From a bacterium (GTDB lineage: Bacteria > Patescibacteriota > Minisyncoccia > Phycocordibacterales > Phycocordibacteraceae), in the NCBI GenBank assembly GCA_021849125.1, contig JAJZTG010000006.1, positions 1 through 39,132 of the forward strand: DNA of 39,132 bases. The letters are read 5' to 3'. The translations under genes and the position numbers were made by a program. The notes beneath the pieces are model-generated. The model searched no databases. It was not told the origin of the DNA and worked only from the letters and a program-made list of their open reading frames with translations. Of this stretch, positions 1-8,800 are shown piece after piece. Numbering within the stretch: position 1 is the first letter of the stretch; each line of letters begins with the position of its first letter.

Positions 1-99
1 TCTGCAAGGAGCTCCTGGGGAGACTATAGCACGCCCGCTGCGGAGCGGCGGGCGTGTGCTTCTTTATTCGTGTATTTCGTGCTAAAATGAAAGCACTAT

Positions 100-741
100 A
101 TGGTCATCACCCACCACGGCGGACAGTGCTTCAAGGTGACGTTCGGCGATCTCACGCTCGTCTTTGATCCTGTAAGCAAGAGCGGGACGCTCCCGGCAGT
201 ACGTTTCGGTGCCGACATCGCGCTCGTCTCGCGCAATCATCCTGACATGAATGGCGTCGAAGAGGTTGCGTATGGTGACAAAGAGCCGTTTGCCATCACC
301 GGCCCCGGTGAGTACGAGCGCCAGGGCGTGACGGTCCAGGGCTTCCTCTCGAAGAGCAAATATGGTCTCGGGAAAGGGCAGGAGTCGGCGGTAAACACCG
401 TCTACGCGGTCGAGCTCGAGGATATGACGCTCGTCCACTTGGGCGCGCTTGCCGACAAGGAGCTTTCCAAGGAAGCGCGCGAGGCTCTCGACGAGATCGA
501 TGTCCTTTTCGTGCCGGTCGGCGGCGACGGCGTCCTTTCTCCGGGCGATGCGCAAGCGCTTGCGGTATCGCTTGAGCCGAAGATCATCATCCCGATGCAT
601 TGGAGCGGCATGGGCGAGCCGAAATCGCTCGAAGCCTTCCTCAAGGAGGCGGGTGTTCCTGGCGAGAAGACCGAAAAGCTCACCCTCAAGAAGAAGGATC
701 TTGCCACCCATGACGGGAGTATACTTATCGTGACCCCTTAA
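100..741 (+). CDS. MBL-fold (beta-lactamase superfamily) hydrolase
   Basis: ITHHGGQCFKV..LVFDP, ADIALVSRNHPDMN, ITGPGEYE, LVHLGAL, DVLFVPVGG, IIIPMHW; metal motif degenerate. Confidence 0.8.
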   Translation: MVITHHGGQCFKVTFGDLTLVFDPVSKSGTLPAVRFGADIALVSRNHPDMNGVEEVAYGDKEPFAITGPGEYERQGVTVQGFLSKSKYGLGKGQESAVNTVYAVELEDMTLVHLGALADKELSKEAREALDEIDVLFVPVGGDGVLSPGDAQALAVSLEPKIIIPMHWSGMGEPKSLEAFLKEAGVPGEKTEKLTLKKKDLATHDGSILIVTP

Positions 742-747
742 TCTCGT

Positions 748-1113
748 ATGCTTATGAAGAACCTCTTGAACAAGATCCTCGGTCATATCGAATACCTGAA
801 AACCCAGCCGCACGAGACGCGCCGCAAAGTAGCGTTCGGCGCTGCAGCGGCAGGAAGCGGTTTCATCGCGCTTGTGTGGCTTGCAGGAAGTCTCGCTACG
901 GGCGCTTTCGCGCTTAAGGGAAATCCGGACGTGGCAAACGCCGGACAAGAGGCCGTCATCACGGTTACGCCAGACGGCACGCCGGTGGCAGGCCTTGCAG
1001 GCGCTGCTGCAGCGCTCCAGGAGCCGGATGCGCCTGCGCATATCGAGATCGTCGATACGACGCCGAAAAAAGAGGAGGTGAAGCAGCCGGAAAAGACGAT
1101 ACTGCCGTTTTAA
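748..1113 (+). CDS. hypothetical single-pass membrane protein
   Basis: Fills the gap between the MBL gene and gyrA; hydrophobic VAFGAAAAGSGFIALVWLAGSL after a basic patch. Confidence 0.7.
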   Translation: MLMKNLLNKILGHIEYLKTQPHETRRKVAFGAAAAGSGFIALVWLAGSLATGAFALKGNPDVANAGQEAVITVTPDGTPVAGLAGAAAALQEPDAPAHIEIVDTTPKKEEVKQPEKTILPF

Positions 1114-1135
1114 TACGAAAAGAAGATAGACAAAC

Positions 1136-3616
1136 ATGGCACGCGGCAAGAAAGAAGAAAGCGAAAACGCACCGGAAGAAGCGATGGTGAATGTCATCGA
1201 GCAGCCGATCGTGGCTGAGATGCGCGAGTCCTACATCAGCTATGCGATGTCGGTCATCACCGCTCGTGCGCTCCCGGACGTACGTGACGGCTTGAAGCCG
1301 GTGCATCGCCGCATCCTCTTTGCCATGAAGGATCTGGGCCTCACGCCAAGCGCCAAGTTCCGCAAATCGGCCGCCGTGGTCGGCGACGTGCTCGGTAAGT
1401 ATCACCCGCACGGCGATATCGCCGTCTATGATGCGATGGCGAAACTCGCGCAGGAATTCACGACCCGCTATCCGCTCGTCTTGGGTCAGGGTAACTTCGG
1501 CTCGATCGACGGCGACTCGCCGGCTGCCATGCGTTACACCGAAGCGAAGATGTCGCGCGTGGGCGAAGCGATGCTTACCGATATCGACAAGGAAACCGTC
1601 GCCTGGAGCCCGAACTACGATGCGACGCGCGATGAACCGAAGGTCCTTCCTGCGGCGCTCCCGAACCTGCTTCTGAACGGTACGCTCGGTATCGCGGTCG
1701 GTATGGCGACCAACATCCCGCCGCATAACCTGCGCGAAGTCGTCGCGGCGACGGTGCACCTGATCGACAACCCGGACGCGACGACCGAGGATCTTCTTGA
1801 ATTCGTGAAAGGTCCGGATTTCCCATTGGGCGCGATCGCCTTCAACCAGGCGGATATCCGCCACGCGTACTCGACCGGCAAGGGCCCGGTGGTGGTGCGC
1901 GGCGAGGCGGAGATCATCGATGACGGCAAGAAGGATACGAAGATCGTCATCACCTCGATTCCGTACCGCGTGAACAAGAGCGAACTCATCGCACGCATCG
2001 CCGAGCTCGTGCAGGACAAGAAGATCGAAGGTATCCGCGATCTGCGCGATGAGTCGACCTCGGACATCCGCGTCGTCGTCGAGCTTAAGGGCACCGCACA
2101 CCCGCAGGCGGTCCTAAACGCCCTCTATAAGCACACCGAGCTTGAGAGCACCTTCCACTACAACATGCTTGCGCTCGTCGACGGCGTGCCGGAGATGCTT
2201 TCCTTGCAGGCCATGCTCGAGCACTTCGTTGGCCACCGACAGGAAGTCGTGAAGCGCCGCACCGAATACGATCTGCGTCAGGCCGAGGCGCGCGAGCACA
2301 TCCTGCTCGGGCTCTGTAAGGCGCTCGATCATATCGACGAGGTCATCGCGATCATCAAGAAGGCGGCCGATATTCCGTCGGCGAGCGCAGCTCTCCAGAA
2401 GAAATTCGGCTTTTCCGCACTCCAAGCGGCCGCTATTCTCGAGATGCGCCTCTCCAAGCTTGCCGGTCTCGAGCGCAAGAAGCTCGAAGACGAGCTTTCC
2501 GAGGTACAGGCCCTCATCAAGAAGTTGAAGGACATCCTCTCTTCGCCCAAGAAGATCCTCGCAGTCGTGAAGAAGGAACTCGAGGAGCTCGCCGAAAAAT
2601 ATGGCGACGATCGCCGCACCAAGGTCATGAAGGGCGGCGTGAAGAATATTTCCGTAGAAGACCTCGTGCCGGATGAGGATTCGGTGCTCGTCCTCACGCA
2701 GGGCGGGTACGTGAAGCGCACGAACCCGAGCGAATACAAGGCGCAGAAGCGTGGCGGCGTCGGCGTCGTCGATATCGCGACCAAAGAAGAAGACGTGGTC
2801 ACGCATTTCCTTGTGGCCTCAGCGCATAGCGATCTCCTCTTTTTCACCGATTTCGGTAAGGCGTATCAGCTCAAGATGTACGAGCTCCCAGAGGGTCGTC
2901 GCGCGACCAAAGGCAAGAGCATCATGAACTTCCTCCAGCTTTCGGCTGAGGAGAAGGTGACTTCCATCTTGCCGGTACCGAAGGGTTCGGCACTCGATGC
3001 ATCCTCCGTCACATTCGTTACGGGAGAGGGTGTCGTGAAGCGTGTCGCGGCAAAGGCGTTTGCTGACGTCCGTCGCTCAGGCATCATCGCGATCAATCTC
3101 AAGGGTTCCGACAAGCTCGTGTCAGCGAACCTTTCCGCGGAGGGTGACACAGTCTCCATCGTGACCTCGAAAGGTCAGTCGATCCGTTTCGACGTCGAAG
3201 ACGTGCGCGAGATGGGCCGTACGGCAGGCGGCGTGAAGGGCATGACGGTCAAGAAGGGCGATAGGGTTGTCTCCGCGGAAGTCGTGAAGGCCGAAGAAGC
3301 AGATCACTCGTCGCTCCTCGTCATCATGAGTAAGGGTTACGGCAAACGCACGGCGCTCTCCGAGTACAAGGTGCAGGGCCGTGGCGGTTCGGGCATCAAG
3401 ACCGCGGAAGTTACCGCAAAGACCGGCGAGATCATCGGCGCGAAGGTTGTGGACGATAAGGTTGAGGATGGCGATGAGATCGTCGTCGTCTCGAAGAAAG
3501 GGCAGGTGATCCGCACGAGCGTGGCAGAGATTTCCAAGCTCTCGCGCGCGACCCAGGGTGTCCGCGTCATGAAGATGCGGGAGGGGGATTCCATCGCAAG
3601 CATGGCCGCCCTGTAG
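1136..3616 (+). CDS. gyrA: DNA gyrase subunit A
   Basis: [31 protein letters not shown] active site, GyrA-box QKRGGVG, C-terminal pinwheel repeats. Confidence 0.98.
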   Translation: MARGKKEESENAPEEAMVNVIEQPIVAEMRESYISYAMSVITARALPDVRDGLKPVHRRILFAMKDLGLTPSAKFRKSAAVVGDVLGKYHPHGDIAVYDAMAKLAQEFTTRYPLVLGQGNFGSIDGDSPAAMRYTEAKMSRVGEAMLTDIDKETVAWSPNYDATRDEPKVLPAALPNLLLNGTLGIAVGMATNIPPHNLREVVAATVHLIDNPDATTEDLLEFVKGPDFPLGAIAFNQADIRHAYSTGKGPVVVRGEAEIIDDGKKDTKIVITSIPYRVNKSELIARIAELVQDKKIEGIRDLRDESTSDIRVVVELKGTAHPQAVLNALYKHTELESTFHYNMLALVDGVPEMLSLQAMLEHFVGHRQEVVKRRTEYDLRQAEAREHILLGLCKALDHIDEVIAIIKKAADIPSASAALQKKFGFSALQAAAILEMRLSKLAGLERKKLEDELSEVQALIKKLKDILSSPKKILAVVKKELEELAEKYGDDRRTKVMKGGVKNISVEDLVPDEDSVLVLTQGGYVKRTNPSEYKAQKRGGVGVVDIATKEEDVVTHFLVASAHSDLLFFTDFGKAYQLKMYELPEGRRATKGKSIMNFLQLSAEEKVTSILPVPKGSALDASSVTFVTGEGVVKRVAAKAFADVRRSGIIAINLKGSDKLVSANLSAEGDTVSIVTSKGQSIRFDVEDVREMGRTAGGVKGMTVKKGDRVVSAEVVKAEEADHSSLLVIMSKGYGKRTALSEYKVQGRGGSGIKTAEVTAKTGEIIGAKVVDDKVEDGDEIVVVSKKGQVIRTSVAEISKLSRATQGVRVMKMREGDSIASMAAL

Positions 3617-3740
3617 GCGAGCGCACCAAAAGTCCCGCCTGCGTCGTTGCTCACTCCGGCGCTCACTCACCGTACCTTTAGTATGGCTCGCTTCGCTCCT
3701 CATTCGCGCCTCGCATCCGGGAGCTTTTTGAGGCGCTCGT
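3617..3740. repeat. imperfect palindromic (REP/MITE-like) element after the gyrA stop
   Basis: gcgagcgc(3617-24)/gcgctcgt(3733-40), caaaagtcccg/cgggagctttttg, tgcg/cgca, central cgtac-cttta-gtatg. Confidence 0.55.
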
Positions 3741-3808
3741 GAATATCCCCAGAGAGCATTCGTTTTGGCGTACGTTATGCTACCGTGGTGAAAGGGAATG
3801 ACGGTTCC

Positions 3809-3956
3809 TTTGCACGGGACAAGATTTGGTTTTGTGGAAAATGCGGGATTCGAACCCGCGGGGGTACTGAGTTGTAAGAGCCGTTCCCCCGTTCGGTTGG
3901 AAACCGAATGCATTAAACCACTCTGCCAATTTTCCTCACGTCTTGTCCCGTGCAAA
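3809..3956. repeat. 16-bp perfect inverted repeats enclosing a tRNA-like gene
   Basis: tttgcacgggacaaga (3809-3824) and tcttgtcccgtgcaaa (3941-3956). Confidence 0.9.
3835..3935 (-). tRNA. atypical class II tRNA: Ser-like body with TCC (Gly) anticodon and 32-nt variable region
   Basis: GGAAAAT-TG-GCA GAGTGGTTTAA TGC-A-TTCGG TTTCCAA CCGAA-(32 nt, GGGGG/CCCCC stem)-GCGGG TTCGAAT CCCGC-ATTTTCC-A. Confidence 0.8.
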
Positions 3957-4112
3957 AGACCTGTCTCCTCTAGACATTGTAAATACGATAGGGTCAAATT
4001 TCATGTGGATAGCGGCATTCTGAAACGGTTGGGAAATTTTTCAATACAAGTGATGTGCCGTTTTAGCATCGTCTTAAGGACATGCAAATTAAGAGGTGCT
4101 ATTATGGAAAGT

Positions 4113-4223
4113 AAGCCGCGATGAGTCGGGGAACAAAGCCGGTTCCGGGTGACGCCGGAACACGCTGACCATACTGAAATGGTCCAATCCCGACAAAGCC
4201 GTATCCTCGCGGCTTTTCTTTTT
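4113..4223 (+). ncRNA. candidate multi-branch structured ncRNA, family unknown
   Basis: TGcTATTAT extended -10 at about 4097-4105; four helices; U-tract after the closing stem. Confidence 0.5.
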
Positions 4224-4268
4224 GTGCTATTGTAATCGGGGAATCAAAACTTTTTGGAGGGAAGTGCC

Positions 4269-4487
4269 ATGAGGATCGTTAAAGAGTGTAGCGGTGGGAA
4301 AGTCGTGGTCGAATTCGAGAATCTGGTCCGACATGACTCGCGTGTTGTCGGACATATGAACTCCGTGCGGGCGTTCATCCCGGAAGAAATGCTCGGCAGG
4401 GTCCAGGATGCTGCTAAGGCCGGTGCTGCGATGGCCGAAAGATTCAGGGAGATTAATTTCCTGAACGATTCACGTCTACAGTGTTGA
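4269..4487 (+). CDS. small hypothetical protein (72 aa)
   Basis: GGAGG at 4256-60 before ATG 4269; TGcTATTGT upstream. Confidence 0.55.
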   Translation: MRIVKECSGGKVVVEFENLVRHDSRVVGHMNSVRAFIPEEMLGRVQDAAKAGAAMAERFREINFLNDSRLQC

Positions 4488-4489
4488 TT

Positions 4490-4544
4490 GCGCCCCCACA
4501 CTAACTACTGTGCATACATGATGCCGTAGTTGGTGTGGGGGCGT
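4490..4544. repeat. 19-bp palindromic hairpin of the CCCCRYACYRA family
   Basis: gcgcccccacactaactac / gtagttggtgtgggggcgt with inner gcat/atgc. Confidence 0.8.
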
Positions 4545-4559
4545 GCTATTTTTATACAT

Positions 4560-5105
4560 ATGGTAAGCGCCTCATTCAGCGTGCCGCAGGAGAACGTCCT
4601 CCAGCTCGGACTTCGTGAAGGCATGAAGGTCGGCGAGTTCGGAGTCGGGAGCGGGCACTACGCGCGCGCGGCGGCTGGCGTCGTGGGGCCGAGCGGGAAA
4701 GTCTACGCGGTGGATGTGCAGGAAGACATCCTTAAGCACGTAAAGCTCAATACGCACGAGCGTCATGAGCGCGTCATCGAGACCGTCTGGGGGGATATCG
4801 AGAAGCCAGGTGGCTCGCACCTGCGTGACGCTTCGCTCGATGCGCTCATTCTCGCCAATACGCTCTTCCAGGTAGAGAACCGTTTCGGGCTCCTTTCCGA
4901 GATGAAGCGTGTCTTAAAGCCAGGCGCCAAACTCCTGGTCGTCGACTGGGCCGGAAGCTACGCGGGCATGGGACCGACTCCCGATAAGGTCGTTCCCGAG
5001 CATGAGGCCGAGGCATTCTTTATCAACGGCGGGTTCCATAAGGCAAAAGCCTTTCGTGCAGGACCGCATCATTACGGGATCGTATTCACCATGCCTAGCC
5101 TATGA
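4560..5105 (+). CDS. class I SAM-dependent methyltransferase
   Basis: VGEFGVGSG motif I, VYAVDVQ, GDIE, LKPGAKLLVVDW; ATG 4560 follows TGcTATTTT. Confidence 0.88.
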   Translation: MVSASFSVPQENVLQLGLREGMKVGEFGVGSGHYARAAAGVVGPSGKVYAVDVQEDILKHVKLNTHERHERVIETVWGDIEKPGGSHLRDASLDALILANTLFQVENRFGLLSEMKRVLKPGAKLLVVDWAGSYAGMGPTPDKVVPEHEAEAFFINGGFHKAKAFRAGPHHYGIVFTMPSL

Positions 5106-6409
5106 AAGTCTCGCTTTTCCAAGGGATCCTTTTCGCAATATTCGGTTTCGCCGCGCTTGTCGGACTCTTCGTTTTCTCGACGCACACGAGTACGACCGGA
5201 GGCGGCGCGTCAGAAGTGGGGTTGGTCACTATCTGGGGAACGCTCTCCAAACAAGACATCCAGAACGCGCTTACCGCGATAGGGCAAACGGACCAGTCCT
5301 TCAAGGAAGTCTCGTATGTACAGAAAGATGAAGCGACCCTCGCGAGCGACCTCGCTTCCGCGATCGCGACAGGCGATGCGCCTGACCTCGTGCTTGCTTC
5401 GCAGGAAAACCTTCAGTCGCTTGCAAGGCTCATTACTCCCATCCCGACCTCGACACTCTCGGCCGCAAGCTTCACCAGTGCTTTCATTGCCGAAGCGCAG
5501 CTTCTTACCACTCCGGACGGCTCGGGGTACTACGGCGTACCGTTTCTGGTCGACCCGCTCGTGCTTTTTTCGAATCGCGCGCTCCTGGCCTCGAAAGGCA
5601 TCGCGAAACCGCCTGCGACCTGGGAAGCGCTTACCGGTCTCGTCTCGACGGTGGCAGAGCTCACGCCGAATCGCCAGATCACGCGGGGGCTTATCGGGCT
5701 TGGCACCTATGACAACGTGCATAACGCGCGCGGCATCCTTTCTTCGCTTTTCTTGCAGACAGGGATACCCGTCTCGTTCTATAGGAATGGTGTCCTTGCA
5801 GCGAATCTGAGCAGCGGTACGTCAGGGACGAGCGTCCCGGGGCAAGCCGTTATCGGTTTCTATTCGCAGTTTGCGGATCCTTCGAAGCTTTCCTACACCT
5901 GGAATGCCTCGCTTCCTGACTCGCAGAAAGCATTCCTTTCAGGTGATCTCGCACTCTATCTCGGCTATGTTTCCGAGGCGCGATTCTTGCGCAATGCCAA
6001 TCCGAATCTCGATTTCGTCGTCGCGCCGTTGCCGCAACCGGGTACGGCGACCCTCAAATCGGCGTATGGCATCTTGTACTCCTTCATGATCCCGCGCGGC
6101 GCAAAGAACCCCTCGGGGGCATATCAGGCAGCAGCACTTCTCACCAGTAGCGCCGAGCAGGCGATTGCGGCGCAGGTGACCGGTCTTGCCCCGGTTTCTC
6201 TCACCGAGCTCTCGACGGCTCCCGCAGACCCGGTCGCTTCCGTCGCGTATGCTGAAGCGCTTTACGCGAACGGCTGGCTGTCCCCAACGCCCGCAAGCAC
6301 GGACCAGGTCTTTTCTAGTATGATTACAGGCGTGATAACCGGCCGTTTTACACCTGCCACCGCGCTCTCTTCAGGAGAAAATTCGTTAAATCTGCTTCTA
6401 CAAAAATGA
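5102..6409 (+). CDS. membrane-anchored extracellular solute-binding protein (sugar SBP-like)
   Basis: N-terminal TM, VTIWG, ATGDAPDL, YGVPFLVDPLVLFSN, PPATWE, FLSGDLALY. Confidence 0.85.
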   Translation: MKVSLFQGILFAIFGFAALVGLFVFSTHTSTTGGGASEVGLVTIWGTLSKQDIQNALTAIGQTDQSFKEVSYVQKDEATLASDLASAIATGDAPDLVLASQENLQSLARLITPIPTSTLSAASFTSAFIAEAQLLTTPDGSGYYGVPFLVDPLVLFSNRALLASKGIAKPPATWEALTGLVSTVAELTPNRQITRGLIGLGTYDNVHNARGILSSLFLQTGIPVSFYRNGVLAANLSSGTSGTSVPGQAVIGFYSQFADPSKLSYTWNASLPDSQKAFLSGDLALYLGYVSEARFLRNANPNLDFVVAPLPQPGTATLKSAYGILYSFMIPRGAKNPSGAYQAAALLTSSAEQAIAAQVTGLAPVSLTELSTAPADPVASVAYAEALYANGWLSPTPASTDQVFSSMITGVITGRFTPATALSSGENSLNLLLQK

Positions 6410-6825
6410 CTATGCCTACCATTCGTTCATTCGTTATCGCGGCACTCCTTGTCGTGTCGTTTGTACCGTTCGCGCATGCGGCAACCACCACCACTCCGCC
6501 GCCAAGTACCGTGACCACCACCACTCCGCCGCCAAGTACCGGTACCCAGGGTTCGGTGACTCTCATAAATCCTCTCGGCACCGGCACCACGCTCGAAGTA
6601 TTCCTGCAGAGGATCCTTGCTGTCGTAATCCGTGTCGGTTCGATCGTCGTTATCCTCATGCTGGTGTATACCGGATATAGTTTCGTAGCTGCACGAGGGG
6701 CACCGGCAGAGATAGAAAATGCGAAGAAGATGCTCCTCTGGACGGTCATCGGAGCACTCATACTGCTTGGTGCTCAAGCGATAGCTTCTGGCATCCTCGC
6801 GACCATACAGGCGCTCGGCGGGTAA
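6406..6825 (+). CDS. VirB2/TrbC-like pilin with Thr/Pro-rich repeat
   Basis: Signal peptide (AHA), LINPL, GYSFVAARG..AKKMLLWTVIG. Confidence 0.8.
   Translation: MTMPTIRSFVIAALLVVSFVPFAHAATTTTPPPSTVTTTTPPPSTGTQGSVTLINPLGTGTTLEVFLQRILAVVIRVGSIVVILMLVYTGYSFVAARGAPAEIENAKKMLLWTVIGALILLGAQAIASGILATIQALGG
6484..6541 (+). repeat. 30-bp period tandem duplication (TTTTPPPST x2)
   Basis: accaccaccactccgccgccaagtaccg at 6484-6511 and 6514-6541. Confidence 0.95.
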
Positions 6826-6830
6826 TCCTT

Positions 6831-7094
6831 ATGACGTTTGCGCAATTTGTCGGTAGCGGGAGTACGGGCATCATAGGAGTCATAAATACGGTCATTGTCC
6901 CGATCATCTTCGCTCTCGCCTTTGCTGCTTTCGTCTGGGGCGTCGTAAGCTATTTTTTCATTCACGGCGGAGAAGAAGGGAAACGTGCTGAAGGCAGGAA
7001 CTTCATCCTTTGGGGCGTGATCGGCATGGCGGTACTTTTCTCCGTTTGGGGGTTTGTAGGTCTTCTGTTATCCACGCTTGGCATCGCACGCTAA
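6831..7094 (+). CDS. VirB2-like pilin
   Basis: INTVIVPIIFALAF..WG..GRNFILWGVIG..SVWGFV. Confidence 0.8.
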   Translation: MTFAQFVGSGSTGIIGVINTVIVPIIFALAFAAFVWGVVSYFFIHGGEEGKRAEGRNFILWGVIGMAVLFSVWGFVGLLLSTLGIAR

Positions 7095-7119
7095 GCATAA
7101 TGTGCCATACTACATGCAT

Positions 7120-7554
7120 ATGAAATCGCTTATCCGCACCTCATTACTCGCGCTTATCTTGGTATTTCCGACCGCCGCTTCTGCCGTATATGATCAGACC
7201 ATCACTACGACATATAATTTCGGCCTAGGCTCGTTCCCGGGCGGTTTTACCACGGGAACGGCTTGCTATGGTGGCGGGATAGGCTGCATCGCCGCGATCA
7301 TCCTCTACCTCATCAACAGCGTCTTGGTGCCGCTTCTTTTTGCCGTCTCCTTCATTGTCTTCCTCTACGGAGTCGCTAAGGCGTACATCTTCTCTCATGG
7401 CGATTCAGCTGAGATCGGGAAAGGGCACCAGCTCATCCTTTGGGGACTTATCGGCTTCGTCGTCATGGTGTCGCTCTGGGGCCTCGTAAACGTTGCCGCT
7501 AACACCTTCGGTCTCTGGGGTTCAAGAGCACCGATACTCCCGACTTCCTACTGA
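7120..7554 (+). CDS. VirB2-like pilin
   Basis: Signal (AASA), INSVLVPLLFAVSF..GHQLILWGLIG..SLWGLVN; start 7114 or 7120. Confidence 0.8.
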   Translation: MKSLIRTSLLALILVFPTAASAVYDQTITTTYNFGLGSFPGGFTTGTACYGGGIGCIAAIILYLINSVLVPLLFAVSFIVFLYGVAKAYIFSHGDSAEIGKGHQLILWGLIGFVVMVSLWGLVNVAANTFGLWGSRAPILPTSY

Positions 7555-7556
7555 TC

Positions 7557-8000
7557 ATGAAAAATATCTTCATCGCTTTTCTTTTCGGTATAGCAGGACT
7601 GCTCGTCCCAGCGTCGGCATATGCCGCTCCGTTTGTCGGTCCTTGTCCGGCGGGGCAGCGCCCCACTGCAACGGGTTGTGAGGTTATCCCTGCTGCGGGA
7701 GGTGGCGGCATCAATATAGGTCTCGTTACCCAGTATTCCTCAGGCATCCTTGCCCTCATCAACCAGGTTTTTGTCCCCGTCCTCTTCGCGATCGCCTTTC
7801 TCACCTTCCTGTATGGCGTCTATAAGTACTTCATCCTAGGAGCGGCAAACGAAGCTGAGCGTGCCAAAGGACGCGACTTCGTGCTCTGGGGCATCATCGG
7901 TTTTGTCGTCATCCTCTCTGTCTGGGGTCTCGTCGCTATCGTCGGTCGCACATTCGGCCTTCAGGCCGGCGGTACCGCTCCGGCCGCTCCCACCCTCTGA
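7557..8000 (+). CDS. VirB2-like pilin
   Basis: Signal (SAYA), Cys pair, INQVFVPVLFAIAF..GRDFVLWGIIG..SVWGLV. Confidence 0.8.
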   Translation: MKNIFIAFLFGIAGLLVPASAYAAPFVGPCPAGQRPTATGCEVIPAAGGGGINIGLVTQYSSGILALINQVFVPVLFAIAFLTFLYGVYKYFILGAANEAERAKGRDFVLWGIIGFVVILSVWGLVAIVGRTFGLQAGGTAPAAPTL

Positions 8001-8081
8001 CTATCCACACGTGAGGGAGTCGAGCATTGACCGCATATTCTAAAAAGCTACAATTAACTACATTAATCGATTACCTGTCTT

Positions 8082-8465
8082 ATGAAAAAAGCCCTCGTTC
8101 TTACTTCCGGAACCTTTGCAGCGCTCGCGCTGCCGCTCGTCTCTTCAGCCGCGACGACGATCGCTAACATCTCTGATGTCGGCTCGTTCATGATTAACAC
8201 GATTAATAACATCATCGTCCCGGTTCTTTTCGCGATCGCCTTCATCGTCTTCGTGTACGGTGCATTCGAGACTTTCATTATCGGCGCGAACAGTGACTCG
8301 GTGAAAGAGAAGGGCAAGAACCTCATGCTCTGGGGCCTCATCGGTTTCTTCGTGATGGTCTCCGTCTGGGGCTTGGTGAACATCCTTACCGGTACCGTGA
8401 GCTTCACGAGCACGTCAGGTGTCACGGGCGGTACGCCTAAGGCAGGTGTCCAGATCGGACAGTAA
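8082..8465 (+). CDS. VirB2-like pilin, possibly the major pilin
   Basis: INNIIVPVLFAIAF..GKNLMLWGLIG..SVWGLVN; own TTGACC-N16-TACAAT promoter. Confidence 0.8.
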   Translation: MKKALVLTSGTFAALALPLVSSAATTIANISDVGSFMINTINNIIVPVLFAIAFIVFVYGAFETFIIGANSDSVKEKGKNLMLWGLIGFFVMVSVWGLVNILTGTVSFTSTSGVTGGTPKAGVQIGQ

Positions 8466-8749
8466 TGGAAACGCAGATTCCCGGACCGATTTCTGATTTC
8501 CTAGCAAGGGTGGTGACGGAGATAATCAATCCGATCATCCTGCTCCTTGCAGCCGGTGCGTTCGTGCTCTTCCTCTGGGGCGGGTTCACCTTCATACGCG
8601 AGGCAGGCGATACCGCTAAGCGTGCCGAGGGTAGGAGAGCCATCCTTTGGGGTATCGTCGGACTCGTCATCATATTCGGAGCCTACGGTATCATCAATGT
8701 GGCACTCGGGACCTTCAATCTCTCGCCGGTCCAAAGGATTACGCAATAA
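8465..8749 (+). CDS. VirB2-like pilin
   Basis: IINPIILLLA..WGG..GRRAILWGIVG. Confidence 0.78.
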   Translation: METQIPGPISDFLARVVTEIINPIILLLAAGAFVLFLWGGFTFIREAGDTAKRAEGRRAILWGIVGLVIIFGAYGIINVALGTFNLSPVQRITQ

Positions 8750-8754
8750 AAAAG

Positions 8755-8783
8755 AAGCCGGATGGAAAACCATCCGGCTTTTT
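8755..8783. terminator. bidirectional intrinsic terminator
   Basis: aagccggatgg-aaaa-ccatccggctt with A/T tracts, between convergent genes. Confidence 0.85.
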
Positions 8784-8800
8784 CGTCATAGACGCATTGT

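Noticed and set aside
3835-3935. Selenocysteine tRNA or ordinary tRNA-Gly
   Set aside because: Anticodon is TCC not TCA, with a 7-bp acceptor and short D-stem; Gly identity elements (U73, C2-G71, short variable loop) are absent
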